The notes under the pieces: generated by a model | The model's database searches: none | The model's input: only the letters and a program-made list of their open reading frames with translations | Told to the model about the DNA's origin: nothing | Shown: positions 38,108-46,197 of the stretch, in pieces | How the letters are laid out: every line of letters begins with the position of its first letter | How positions within the stretch are numbered: the first letter of the stretch is position 1 | Assembly (NCBI GenBank): GCA_963775425.1 | Contig: CAVZJB010000004.1 | Location: 320,001 to 384,000 of the forward strand | Reading direction: 5' to 3' | Length of the DNA: 64,000 nt | From: an uncultured delta proteobacterium | GTDB taxonomy: Bacteria; Myxococcota; UBA727; VGSZ01 | Program-made: the position numbers and the translations under genes

Positions 38108-39280
38108 GTGGCCGAGGTCGTTGTCGAGCTGTCGGGCAAGGAGATCCTGCGGATCCCGTTGAAGGGACCCTCCATGACCATCGGGCGCGATCCGCAATGC
38201 GATCTCCACCTCGACAACCGCGCCCTCTCGCGCCGCCACGCGCAGATCGAGAAGCGCGGCGCCGCCATCTGGGTGCGCGACCTCAACAGCCAGAACGGCA
38301 CGTACGTAAACGGCAGCCGCATCGCGGAGCCGCTCGCGTTGAACGGCGGCGACATCGTCGAGGTCGGCCGCTACCACGTGCGCATCGAGGGCGTGGAGAA
38401 CGCGCGCGAGGACACGCCGGTGCTCACGCTCACCGGCCCGGAGGGGCGGCACCGCTTCGCCATGGTCGGTGAGGAGATCATCATCGGGCGCGCGCCCTCG
38501 TGCGACATCGCCATCGGCCACAAGAGCATCTCGCGCCGCCACCTGCGCATCGCCATCGACGGCAACAACTTCATCGCCGAAGACCTCGGCAGCCAGAACG
38601 GCTCGCGCTTGAACAGCAAGCGCATCAACGGGCCCACGCCGTTCCGCATCGGCGACAAGCTGCAGATGAGCGAGTTCAGCCTGGAGGTCGGCTACCTCGA
38701 GCAGCCGGCCACCAACGGCGGCGACAAGGTCAGCAAGACCATGATGATCGATCGCTCCGAGCTCGCGAAGGCCGCGTACGTCGGCGGTGAGTTCGATCGC
38801 ATGCCGTCCAACGCCGCCAACATCTCCATCGGCCGCCAGCCCGACGACGTCGACGCCGAAGACGTCGACGAGAGCGGCACGCAGGGCGTCCCATCGGTGG
38901 CGGACGACCCGCCGGTGCCGCCGGCGCGCGCCAACAACCGGAGCGCGCGTCACGACACGCGCAAGCCCAACAAGGTCCAGCAGAGCCCGTGGGTCACCGT
39001 CTCCCATCCCGATCTCGGCAGCGAGCGGGACGTGCAGCTCGTGAGCGAGGTCACCGCCATCGGCGAGGACGGCACCGCGGAGGACGGCACCCGCGGCCGC
39101 AACTACGCCAACCAGGGCTACGTGTTGCTCCTCAAGACGCCCACGGGCGTGGTCGCGTGCGGCGCCGGCGATCGTCGCCTGGTCACCGTCGGCGGTAAGC
39201 CTTGCCTGTTCAAGCAGCTCAACACGGGTGACACCGTGGAGTTTGGGCTCTTGTCGATTGTGTTCCACGTGCCAGGCTGA
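38108..39280 (+). CDS. Tandem FHA domain protein
   Basis: Two IGR...SRRH...DL.SQNG motifs; GTG start estimated from GAGGGG RBS. Confidence 0.88.
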   Translation: MAEVVVELSGKEILRIPLKGPSMTIGRDPQCDLHLDNRALSRRHAQIEKRGAAIWVRDLNSQNGTYVNGSRIAEPLALNGGDIVEVGRYHVRIEGVENAREDTPVLTLTGPEGRHRFAMVGEEIIIGRAPSCDIAIGHKSISRRHLRIAIDGNNFIAEDLGSQNGSRLNSKRINGPTPFRIGDKLQMSEFSLEVGYLEQPATNGGDKVSKTMMIDRSELAKAAYVGGEFDRMPSNAANISIGRQPDDVDAEDVDESGTQGVPSVADDPPVPPARANNRSARHDTRKPNKVQQSPWVTVSHPDLGSERDVQLVSEVTAIGEDGTAEDGTRGRNYANQGYVLLLKTPTGVVACGAGDRRLVTVGGKPCLFKQLNTGDTVEFGLLSIVFHVPG

Positions 39281-39284
39281 CGTC

Positions 39285-40274
39285 GTGAACGCGCCCGATC
39301 AACCGAAGCCGCTCGCCGATCAAGTCCCGCCCGAGTACGACGTCCCGTACGTGTGGCTCGACGGCAAGCTCGTCGACGCAAAGACCGCGGTCGTTCCGCT
39401 GATGGCGTACACGCTGCACTACGGCCTCGGCGTTTTCGAGGGCATCCGCGCCTACGAGGGCGCGCAGGGGCCGGCGGTGTTTCGCCTGCGCGAGCACATG
39501 GAGCGCCTGCACCGCTCGGCGCACCTGGTGCGCATGGAGCTGCCGGCGTCGGTGGACGAGCTGGTGAAGGGCGCGTGCGAGACGCTCGCGGCCAACGGGC
39601 TCAAAGCCGGCTACGTGCGCCCCATCGGCTACGTCGACGACGGCAAGCGCGGCCTCGGCGCCATGAACAACCGTGTCCACGTCGGCATCGCCGTGTGGCC
39701 GTGGGGCACCTACCTCGGCGACGAGGGCGTCCGTCGCGGCATCCGCTGCCAGATCGCCAACGTCGCGCGCATGGGGCCGCAGTCCTTCTTCCCGAAGGGC
39801 AAGATCTGCGGCCAGTACATCAACTCCATCATCGCCAAGCGCTGCGCGCTCCTCGCCGGCTACGACGAGGCCATCCTGCTCGATCAGCAGGGCTACGTGG
39901 CCGAAGCCAGCGGCGAGAACATCTTCGCCGTGCTCTCGTCCGAGCGCTTCACGGGCGGCGCGCGCTTGTGCACGCCGGCGCCGTCGTCGCCCATCCTCGA
40001 GGGCATCACCCGCGACAGCATCATCCAGATCGCGCGCCACCTCGGCTACGAGGTGAAGGAGCAGCGCTTCGCGCGCGACGCGCTGCTCGTCGCCGACGAG
40101 GTGTTCCTCACGGGCACCGCCGCCGAGGTCACGCCCGTGCGCGACATCGACGGCCACGGCATCGGCATCGGCGGCCGCGGCCCCGTCACGGAGCGCATCC
40201 AGAGCGCCTACCGTGACGCCGTCACCGGCAAGCTCCCCGGCTTCGAGCACTGGCTCACGCCCTTCAGCCCTTGA
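39285..40274 (+). CDS. ilvE: Branched-chain amino acid aminotransferase
   Basis: LHYG.GVFEGIRAY, FRL.EH..RL..SA, K..GQY, E.SGEN, ILEGITR, GTAAEVTP. Confidence 0.95.
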   Translation: MNAPDQPKPLADQVPPEYDVPYVWLDGKLVDAKTAVVPLMAYTLHYGLGVFEGIRAYEGAQGPAVFRLREHMERLHRSAHLVRMELPASVDELVKGACETLAANGLKAGYVRPIGYVDDGKRGLGAMNNRVHVGIAVWPWGTYLGDEGVRRGIRCQIANVARMGPQSFFPKGKICGQYINSIIAKRCALLAGYDEAILLDQQGYVAEASGENIFAVLSSERFTGGARLCTPAPSSPILEGITRDSIIQIARHLGYEVKEQRFARDALLVADEVFLTGTAAEVTPVRDIDGHGIGIGGRGPVTERIQSAYRDAVTGKLPGFEHWLTPFSP

Positions 40275-40454
40275 GCGCGGTGCCATGAGCGCCGCTCCCT
40301 GGCGCGCGCCTGACGCGGCATCGGCGAGCGCGTGCTCGACGAGGACGAGCGCCTGGGGTCCCGAGGTCTGACGGCCACCGCGCGTCAGGATGTGTCACGC
40401 GCCGTCAGCCGAAGTCACTCGCGCCTTGTCGCGCGCCTTCGCGATGCTGTCTTC

Positions 40455-40742
40455 ATGTGGAAGCACACGCGCCGCCTCGTCGTCTTCGCTCTCGTCGCCT
40501 GCGCCGGCTGCGCCACCACCGGCGTCAACGCCCGCAGCGCCGCGGAGGCGAGCGGCAACGGGAGCGCGCGGACGGTGGCCATGATCGCCGGCGGGATCCT
40601 CGCCGCCGCCGGCCCCGCCGTCGTCGTCGCAGGCGTCGCCCTCGACAAGGACCCGGCCACGCCGCCCGTGGAGGCGTTCGTCGCCGGCGCCGGCCTCACC
40701 GTCGCCGGCGTCGCCACCGTCCTCGTCGCCGCCACGCTGTGA
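40455..40742 (+). CDS. Small lipoprotein with hydrophobic hairpin
   Basis: VACAGC lipobox, two Gly/Ala-rich hydrophobic segments. Confidence 0.5.
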   Translation: MWKHTRRLVVFALVACAGCATTGVNARSAAEASGNGSARTVAMIAGGILAAAGPAVVVAGVALDKDPATPPVEAFVAGAGLTVAGVATVLVAATL

Positions 40743-40748
40743 GCGCCG

Positions 40749-42197
40749 TCAGGCCGGCTCCGTCACCACGCCCGGCGGGTCGGGGATGGGCCCCACCATC
40801 TTGCGGATGAACGGGACGTGCGGCTCCGTCTCCGCGCGGCCGTTGTCGACGGCGCGGTGAAACTCCGTCTGCGACGGCACCACGGCGAGGGGCGAGAGCA
40901 CCTTCTTGAACGTGAGCGTCATGTGCGCGACGGCGCGGCCCGCGCGCGTGTTCTCGGCGGCGATGCGCATGAGCGGCAGGAACAACAGGTGCTTGGTGGA
41001 GAGCTGCGGCGCGAACGCGTCCATGGCGAGGACGAAAGGATCGCGGTCGCCGCATGCGCCGCCCTGCACCGCGCGCCACGCCTCGCGCGCGGGGAGGTTG
41101 TCGGCGAGTCCGCCGTCGACGAGACGGAACACGCCCTCGCGCCTCATCAGCTCGCTCACGAGCTCCACCATGCGCGGGTCGTCGCGCAGGATGTCGTAGT
41201 GGATGACGCCGGGCACGGCCGACGAGAAGCCCACGGCGTCGAGCACGTCGAACTCGCTCGTGAGGGAGTCGCCGCCGACGTAGATCGGGCGCACCGGTTG
41301 GCGCCCCATCTCCGACAGCGCGCGCCCGATGCTCGCCGCGCGCGAGCGCAGCGCGCGCACGTCGGCGACGGCGTCGTCGAGGAGGTGGGCGTAGCGCTCG
41401 AGCTCGTCGGTGCTCTCCGCGGGGCCCTGCACGAGGCCGGCGATGGTGACCCGGAGCGGAATCTCGAGCTCGTTCAGCCTGAGGAAGTGGCCGTCGGCCT
41501 CGAACTCGTGGCCGATGACCTCGCGCAGGTAGAGCTTGAGCGTGGCGGGCAGCCCGAAGCGGCTCTCGGTCTCGAACAGGCGAAAGACCTTCTTCCACGA
41601 CAGCCGGGCGAGCAGCGACGAGATGTTCTTCAAAGAGAACTCCCGCTGCTTGCAGCGAAACGCGGCGATCACCGCGCCCATCGACGTCCCCGCGATGAGC
41701 GAAGGCACGAGGCCCGCTTCATCGAGCACCTGCATCGCGCCGACGTAGACGTAGCCCGTGCCGCCGCCGCCACCAAGCGCCAGGGCCAACGGGCGCCGGC
41801 GCGTGCAGCGGTCGAGGCTGCGAGCGGGCATGCGGTTGCCGAAGAGGGACAACAGCGAGGCGCGCTCATCGTGGACGAGCTGGCGCACCGCGCCAATCTG
41901 CGCGCGCACACCGTCGCGCGACAGCACCTTGTCCCCGTCGACGCAGAGCTCCAGCGTGCGGTGGAGCTGCTGGCGGTAGGCGTTGGTGGCGTGGTCCACC
42001 TCGACCACGTCCGGGGTCCCCTCGCTCGGCAGCACGTTCACCGCCGAGATGCGCGCGAGCGAGAGCGCCCAGCGCAGCGCGGCTTCGTCGTGCGGCGCGA
42101 GCCACGTGGGGTCGGCGGCGGCCGCGCGCATCAGCGCGACCTCCATCGCCTGAAGCTCGCGCAGGTGCGGGCGGCGCAGATCTGGATGCGTTTCCAA
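40749..42197 (-). CDS. Patatin-like phospholipase
   Basis: LGGGGGTG, GTSMG (GxSxG), DGG; start uncertain (TTG chosen). Confidence 0.88.
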   Translation of the reverse strand: METHPDLRRPHLRELQAMEVALMRAAAADPTWLAPHDEAALRWALSLARISAVNVLPSEGTPDVVEVDHATNAYRQQLHRTLELCVDGDKVLSRDGVRAQIGAVRQLVHDERASLLSLFGNRMPARSLDRCTRRRPLALALGGGGGTGYVYVGAMQVLDEAGLVPSLIAGTSMGAVIAAFRCKQREFSLKNISSLLARLSWKKVFRLFETESRFGLPATLKLYLREVIGHEFEADGHFLRLNELEIPLRVTIAGLVQGPAESTDELERYAHLLDDAVADVRALRSRAASIGRALSEMGRQPVRPIYVGGDSLTSEFDVLDAVGFSSAVPGVIHYDILRDDPRMVELVSELMRREGVFRLVDGGLADNLPAREAWRAVQGGACGDRDPFVLAMDAFAPQLSTKHLLFLPLMRIAAENTRAGRAVAHMTLTFKKVLSPLAVVPSQTEFHRAVDNGRAETEPHVPFIRKMVGPIPDPPGVVTEPA

Positions 42198-42267
42198 CGC
42201 GGTCAGCGCCTCAACCTCGCTCCCTCCCCCTCCACGTCGAGTGTACCAATGAGCGCCGCCGCTGGGC

Positions 42268-44325
42268 TCACGCGCGCTTCTGTCGCGTGGGGAGCCCGGC
42301 GAGGCGGAGCTCGGCGAGCGCCTCGGCGTTGTCGGGGTTGCAGACGAGGGCCTGCTCGAACGCCTTTTGCGCGTCGAGCGGGCGGCCCATGCGCGTGAGC
42401 ACACGGCCGAGGAAGATGTGCGCGCGATCGAGGCGCGGGCTGAGCTGGATGCCTTCCTGGAGACGCTTCATGGCGTCTGCCTGCACCACCGCGTCGTCGG
42501 GGCTCTCGAGGAAGAGCGCCCAGCCGAGGTGCGCGTGGAACTCGCCCTCGTCGGGATAAAGCTCCACCGCCTCCCGAAAGAGGGCCGCCGCCTTGCCGTA
42601 GCTCCCCGCGTGCAGCGCCCCCTCGCCTTTGCGGAAGCGCCCCTCGGCCGCGAGGATCTTGCCGAGCTCGTCGGAGACGCCGGTCTTTTGGCCTTGCTCG
42701 AGGCGCTTCACGTATTCGGCGCGCTTGTTGTCGTCGTGCAGCGTCTCGTGCGCGACCTCGAGCTGCGCGGCGATCTGCTCGGCGAGCGCGCGCGCGTCGG
42801 CGGGCACCGGGCCGCGCAGCTTGTCGGGGTGCACCTCTTTGACGAGCGCGTGATAGGCCCGGTTGATCTCGTCGGTGGCCGCGCTGCGCGAGACGCCGAG
42901 CATCTCGAAGAACGTCTGGCGGCGCATGGCGCGCGCGCGATCCATGAGCTTGCCGCGCACCTCTTCATAGGGGACCCCCTCGAGGCTGACGGGGCGTCGC
43001 GCGGCGTGGAAGACGCCCTCGCCGCGCTTCTTGAGCGGAGGCGGCCGGGCGCTGGCGGCGGCGAGCGCGTCACGGCGCTTGGCGGCCTTGGACTGCGGCT
43101 GGATGGTCTCGGTGGCGAGCAGCGCGTACACGAGCTGCTTGGCGTGAAGCCGGGACAGGCCGCTCTTTTCGATGACCTCGTGCATCGTGCGCCGGCCGTC
43201 GACGAGCGCGAGCAACTGGCGCTCGTCGGCCTCGAGCGAGAGGTCCTGGTAGCGATAGCCGGGGTCGGGGTGCGGGCCCACGTACGCCTCGAGGAACGGC
43301 TCCAGCAAATCGTCGAGCAGGCCCTCGCTGAAGCGGCGGCGCACGCCCTCGTACACGATGGTGGCGAGGGACATGTCGAGGTGAACGGTCTGCGGCGGGA
43401 TCTCGATCTTCGCGTTGAACTGATAGTCGCCGTCGGGCCACGCGAAGATGTCGAACAGCTTCTGCTCGAGCTGGAGCTGCAGCGCGAACACCAGGTTGTG
43501 CGGCGAGATGCACCCCATCTCGATGAGCACGGTGCCCTGCTGGCGCCCCGGTCTGTCCTTCATGAGCTGCAGCGAGCGCTCGCACTCCTCGTCGGAGATC
43601 ATCTTCTCCCGCACCAGCACCCGGCCGAGGCACTCGGAGAGCAGGTTGCTCTTCACGAAGATGGGGTAGCCCTCCTTCAGGTACACGATCTTCTTCGTGC
43701 GATCGCGGCGCAGGAGGAGCGCGCCCGTGGCCCGCCAGCGGTAGAGCTGCGCGATGACCTCGGGGAAGCGCTTGTGCTTCAGGTTGCCCTTGGCGACGCG
43801 GGGGCCGGTGAAGCTGTTCTCCGCGCGCTCCACCTCCTTTTGCTCGAGGCGGGTGTCGAAGTCGGCGAGGGGGTCGTCGCCGACGTCGCCGAGCGAGGGG
43901 AGCCCCTTGGCCTTGGGGCGCGCGGGCGTCGTGCGCAGCCGCGGGTACTCCGGCCCGAGGGCCTCCCGCAGGGCCTCGATGAGCGCGATGAGCTCGAAGG
44001 GCTTGTCGAAGTAGGCCTGCACCCCGAGCCGCTCGCGGGCGTCCCGCTTGTGCTTGCTGGCGCGGTAGATGCCGCTGACCGCGATGACGGGGACCTCCTT
44101 GCCGCCGGGCATCCGCCGCAGCTCCTCGATGAGCTCGAAGCCGCCCAGGGAGGGCAGCAGGATGTCCGTGATGAGCACGTCCGGCAGCCGGCGCTTGAGC
44201 GCCCGCAGGCCCCACTCGCCGTCCTTTTCGCACATGACCTGGAAGCCCTCCTGCTCGAGGGCGTCGCGCAGCAGGCTCTGGATCCCTTTGTCGTCCTCGA
44301 CGACGAGCGCGGTCTTGGCGGCCAT
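42268..44325 (-). CDS. Response regulator receiver - DUF4388 - DnaJ - TPR protein
   Basis: VVEDD..LITD..KP receiver; TG.L.L......VY..G DUF4388; F.MLGV...HPDK J-domain; terminal TPRs. Confidence 0.88.
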   Translation of the reverse strand: MAAKTALVVEDDKGIQSLLRDALEQEGFQVMCEKDGEWGLRALKRRLPDVLITDILLPSLGGFELIEELRRMPGGKEVPVIAVSGIYRASKHKRDARERLGVQAYFDKPFELIALIEALREALGPEYPRLRTTPARPKAKGLPSLGDVGDDPLADFDTRLEQKEVERAENSFTGPRVAKGNLKHKRFPEVIAQLYRWRATGALLLRRDRTKKIVYLKEGYPIFVKSNLLSECLGRVLVREKMISDEECERSLQLMKDRPGRQQGTVLIEMGCISPHNLVFALQLQLEQKLFDIFAWPDGDYQFNAKIEIPPQTVHLDMSLATIVYEGVRRRFSEGLLDDLLEPFLEAYVGPHPDPGYRYQDLSLEADERQLLALVDGRRTMHEVIEKSGLSRLHAKQLVYALLATETIQPQSKAAKRRDALAAASARPPPLKKRGEGVFHAARRPVSLEGVPYEEVRGKLMDRARAMRRQTFFEMLGVSRSAATDEINRAYHALVKEVHPDKLRGPVPADARALAEQIAAQLEVAHETLHDDNKRAEYVKRLEQGQKTGVSDELGKILAAEGRFRKGEGALHAGSYGKAAALFREAVELYPDEGEFHAHLGWALFLESPDDAVVQADAMKRLQEGIQLSPRLDRAHIFLGRVLTRMGRPLDAQKAFEQALVCNPDNAEALAELRLAGLPTRQKRA

Positions 44326-44401
44326 GCCCGGCCGAACATACATGAAGTCGCCACGCGCGGGATCCCATCGACGCCGCCACGCGCCGCTGTACACTCGCGC
44401 C

Positions 44402-44830
44402 ATGGCTCGCTTCGTCGACCTCGTCGCGGTCGAGGGACCCGACAAGGGGATGCGCTACACCGTCGAAGAGGGCACGTATCGGGTGCTCGCCCGCGCCGCC
44501 GACGAGCGCTCCTCCACCCTCCACATGACGCCCGAGGGAGACCGCGCGCTCGACGTCGAGCAGGAGCGGCTCCTCGACGACGTCTTCCGCTCCCGCTCCA
44601 CCGGCGTGCGGACGCAGATGAAGCGCCGCGGCCCCGACATCGTCCTGCGCGACGGCTCCGTCAGCCGCACCCACGCCCTGGTCTTCGTCGACAAGGCCTC
44701 GGCGAGCGTGGTGGACCTGATGTCGACCAACGGCACCAAGGTGAACGGCGCCCCCGTCCGCGACGTCGACGTCCGCGCGGGCGACGTCGTCCACATCGGC
44801 AAGACCAAGCTGAAGATCGAAGACGGCTAA
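44402..44830 (+). CDS. FHA domain protein with internal insertion
   Basis: VEGPDKG, D.SVSR.HA, DLMSTNGTKVNG, GD...IG. Confidence 0.85.
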   Translation: MARFVDLVAVEGPDKGMRYTVEEGTYRVLARAADERSSTLHMTPEGDRALDVEQERLLDDVFRSRSTGVRTQMKRRGPDIVLRDGSVSRTHALVFVDKASASVVDLMSTNGTKVNGAPVRDVDVRAGDVVHIGKTKLKIEDG

Positions 44831-44870
44831 GCCCCGGGATCCGCGGGGGGAATATTCGGCCCCCGGTCCG

Positions 44871-44895
44871 GTAACCGGCGGGCGATGGGCCCCGT
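44871..44895 (+). promoter_or_regulatory. Possible ECF autoregulatory promoter GTAACC-N15-CGTA
   Basis: Resembles GTAAC/CG-type ECF promoters, about 60 bp upstream of the ECF gene; single unvalidated instance. Confidence 0.3.
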
Positions 44896-44955
44896 AATCC
44901 CCATGTGAACGTCGCGCTTGCGATCTCGAGCCTTCCCTGGGCAGCCTCGGGACCA

Positions 44956-45510
44956 ATGGACACAGCCCGGGAATCCAGCGTCAGCGATGAAGAGCTGATG
45001 GACCGGTACTGCGCCGGCGACGGCGGGGCCTTCGACGCCCTGTTCCGCCGCTACAGCGCGCGGCTGCTCCGGTTCACGCGGCCCATCGTGGGTGCGGCCC
45101 AGGCGCCGGACGTCGTACAGGTCACCTTCCTCAAGCTCCACGAGAGCCGGCACCGCTACCGCACGGGATCGCGCCTGTCGTCGTGGCTGTTCACCATCGC
45201 CCGCAACACCGCGCTCGACCACGTCCGCTCGGCCCCGGTGCGCAAGGAGGTCCACAAGGACGCCGACGCCCCCGCCGACGCGGTCAGCCGTGACCCGCTG
45301 GCGGTCGAGCGCGTGCGCAGGGCGGTCGGCGACCTGCCCGCGGACCAGCGCGACGTCGTGCTCCTGCACTGGTTCGCCGACCTCGGGTTCGACGAGATCG
45401 CACAGGTGTTGAAGGCGTCGTCGGTGGCGGTGCGCGCACGGGCGCACCGGGCCTACGAAAAGCTGCGCGTGACCCTCGGCGAGGTCGGGAACGCGGGGGG
45501 GGCCGCATGA
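44956..45510 (+). CDS. ECF RNA polymerase sigma factor
   Basis: SDEELM, D.VQ.TF, WLFTIARN..LD..R, LP..QR, EIA.VL. Confidence 0.93.
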   Translation: MDTARESSVSDEELMDRYCAGDGGAFDALFRRYSARLLRFTRPIVGAAQAPDVVQVTFLKLHESRHRYRTGSRLSSWLFTIARNTALDHVRSAPVRKEVHKDADAPADAVSRDPLAVERVRRAVGDLPADQRDVVLLHWFADLGFDEIAQVLKASSVAVRARAHRAYEKLRVTLGEVGNAGGAA

Positions 45511-46187
45511 GCGACGCCGAGCTTCCCCACAGCCTGCCCGGCGGCGTCCGCGAGGACGACAGCGCCCTCGGCCTCGACGCCCTCGAGGGCCTGCGCGCCC
45601 GCATCGAGAAGCACGTCGACGAGACCCAGGGCGCCTGGGCGCGCAAGCCCGCGTGGCAGCGCGCCTGGCCCGTGGCGCTCGCGCTGCTGGCGGCGGCGGG
45701 GTGGGTCACGACCATCCTGCGCGGCGGCGGCGCCGTCGGCGTCGCGGCGGCGCTGGCCATCGCAGCTTCAGCGGCGGCGTTCATCGCGGTCGCGCGCGCG
45801 CCGCGCCACCCGCGCTGGTCGGATCGCGCCGCGATCATCGCGCTCGCCGGCGGCGCGGTCGCGCTGGCGGCGGAGATCGGCTTGTCGGCGACGGCGCCAC
45901 CGGTGGCCGGCAACGACGTCATGTGCATCCGCGCCATCATCACCGGCTCCGTCCTGCCGGTGGCGTGCCTCGCGCTCTATCTGCGCCTGGCCCGGGCCCC
46001 GGCGCGCATGTTCCACGTCGCCGCCATCGCCGGCGCCGCGTTCCTCGCGTCCGCCGCCGCCGTGTGGGCCCACTGTCCCGGCACCGCGCTCAGCCACGTG
46101 CTCGTGGCGCACACCGGGGTGCCGCTCGCCGTCGCCGTCGTCATCGCCCTCGCCATGCGCCCGCTGCTCCGCGGCACGCGGCTGTAG
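45507..46187 (+). CDS. Multi-pass anti-sigma factor (NrsF/DUF1109-like)
   Basis: ATGA overlap with sigma; about 6 hydrophobic segments; Cys and HCP.....H motif. Confidence 0.7.
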   Translation: MSDAELPHSLPGGVREDDSALGLDALEGLRARIEKHVDETQGAWARKPAWQRAWPVALALLAAAGWVTTILRGGGAVGVAAALAIAASAAAFIAVARAPRHPRWSDRAAIIALAGGAVALAAEIGLSATAPPVAGNDVMCIRAIITGSVLPVACLALYLRLARAPARMFHVAAIAGAAFLASAAAVWAHCPGTALSHVLVAHTGVPLAVAVVIALAMRPLLRGTRL

Positions 46188-46197
46188 GGCGTCGTCG

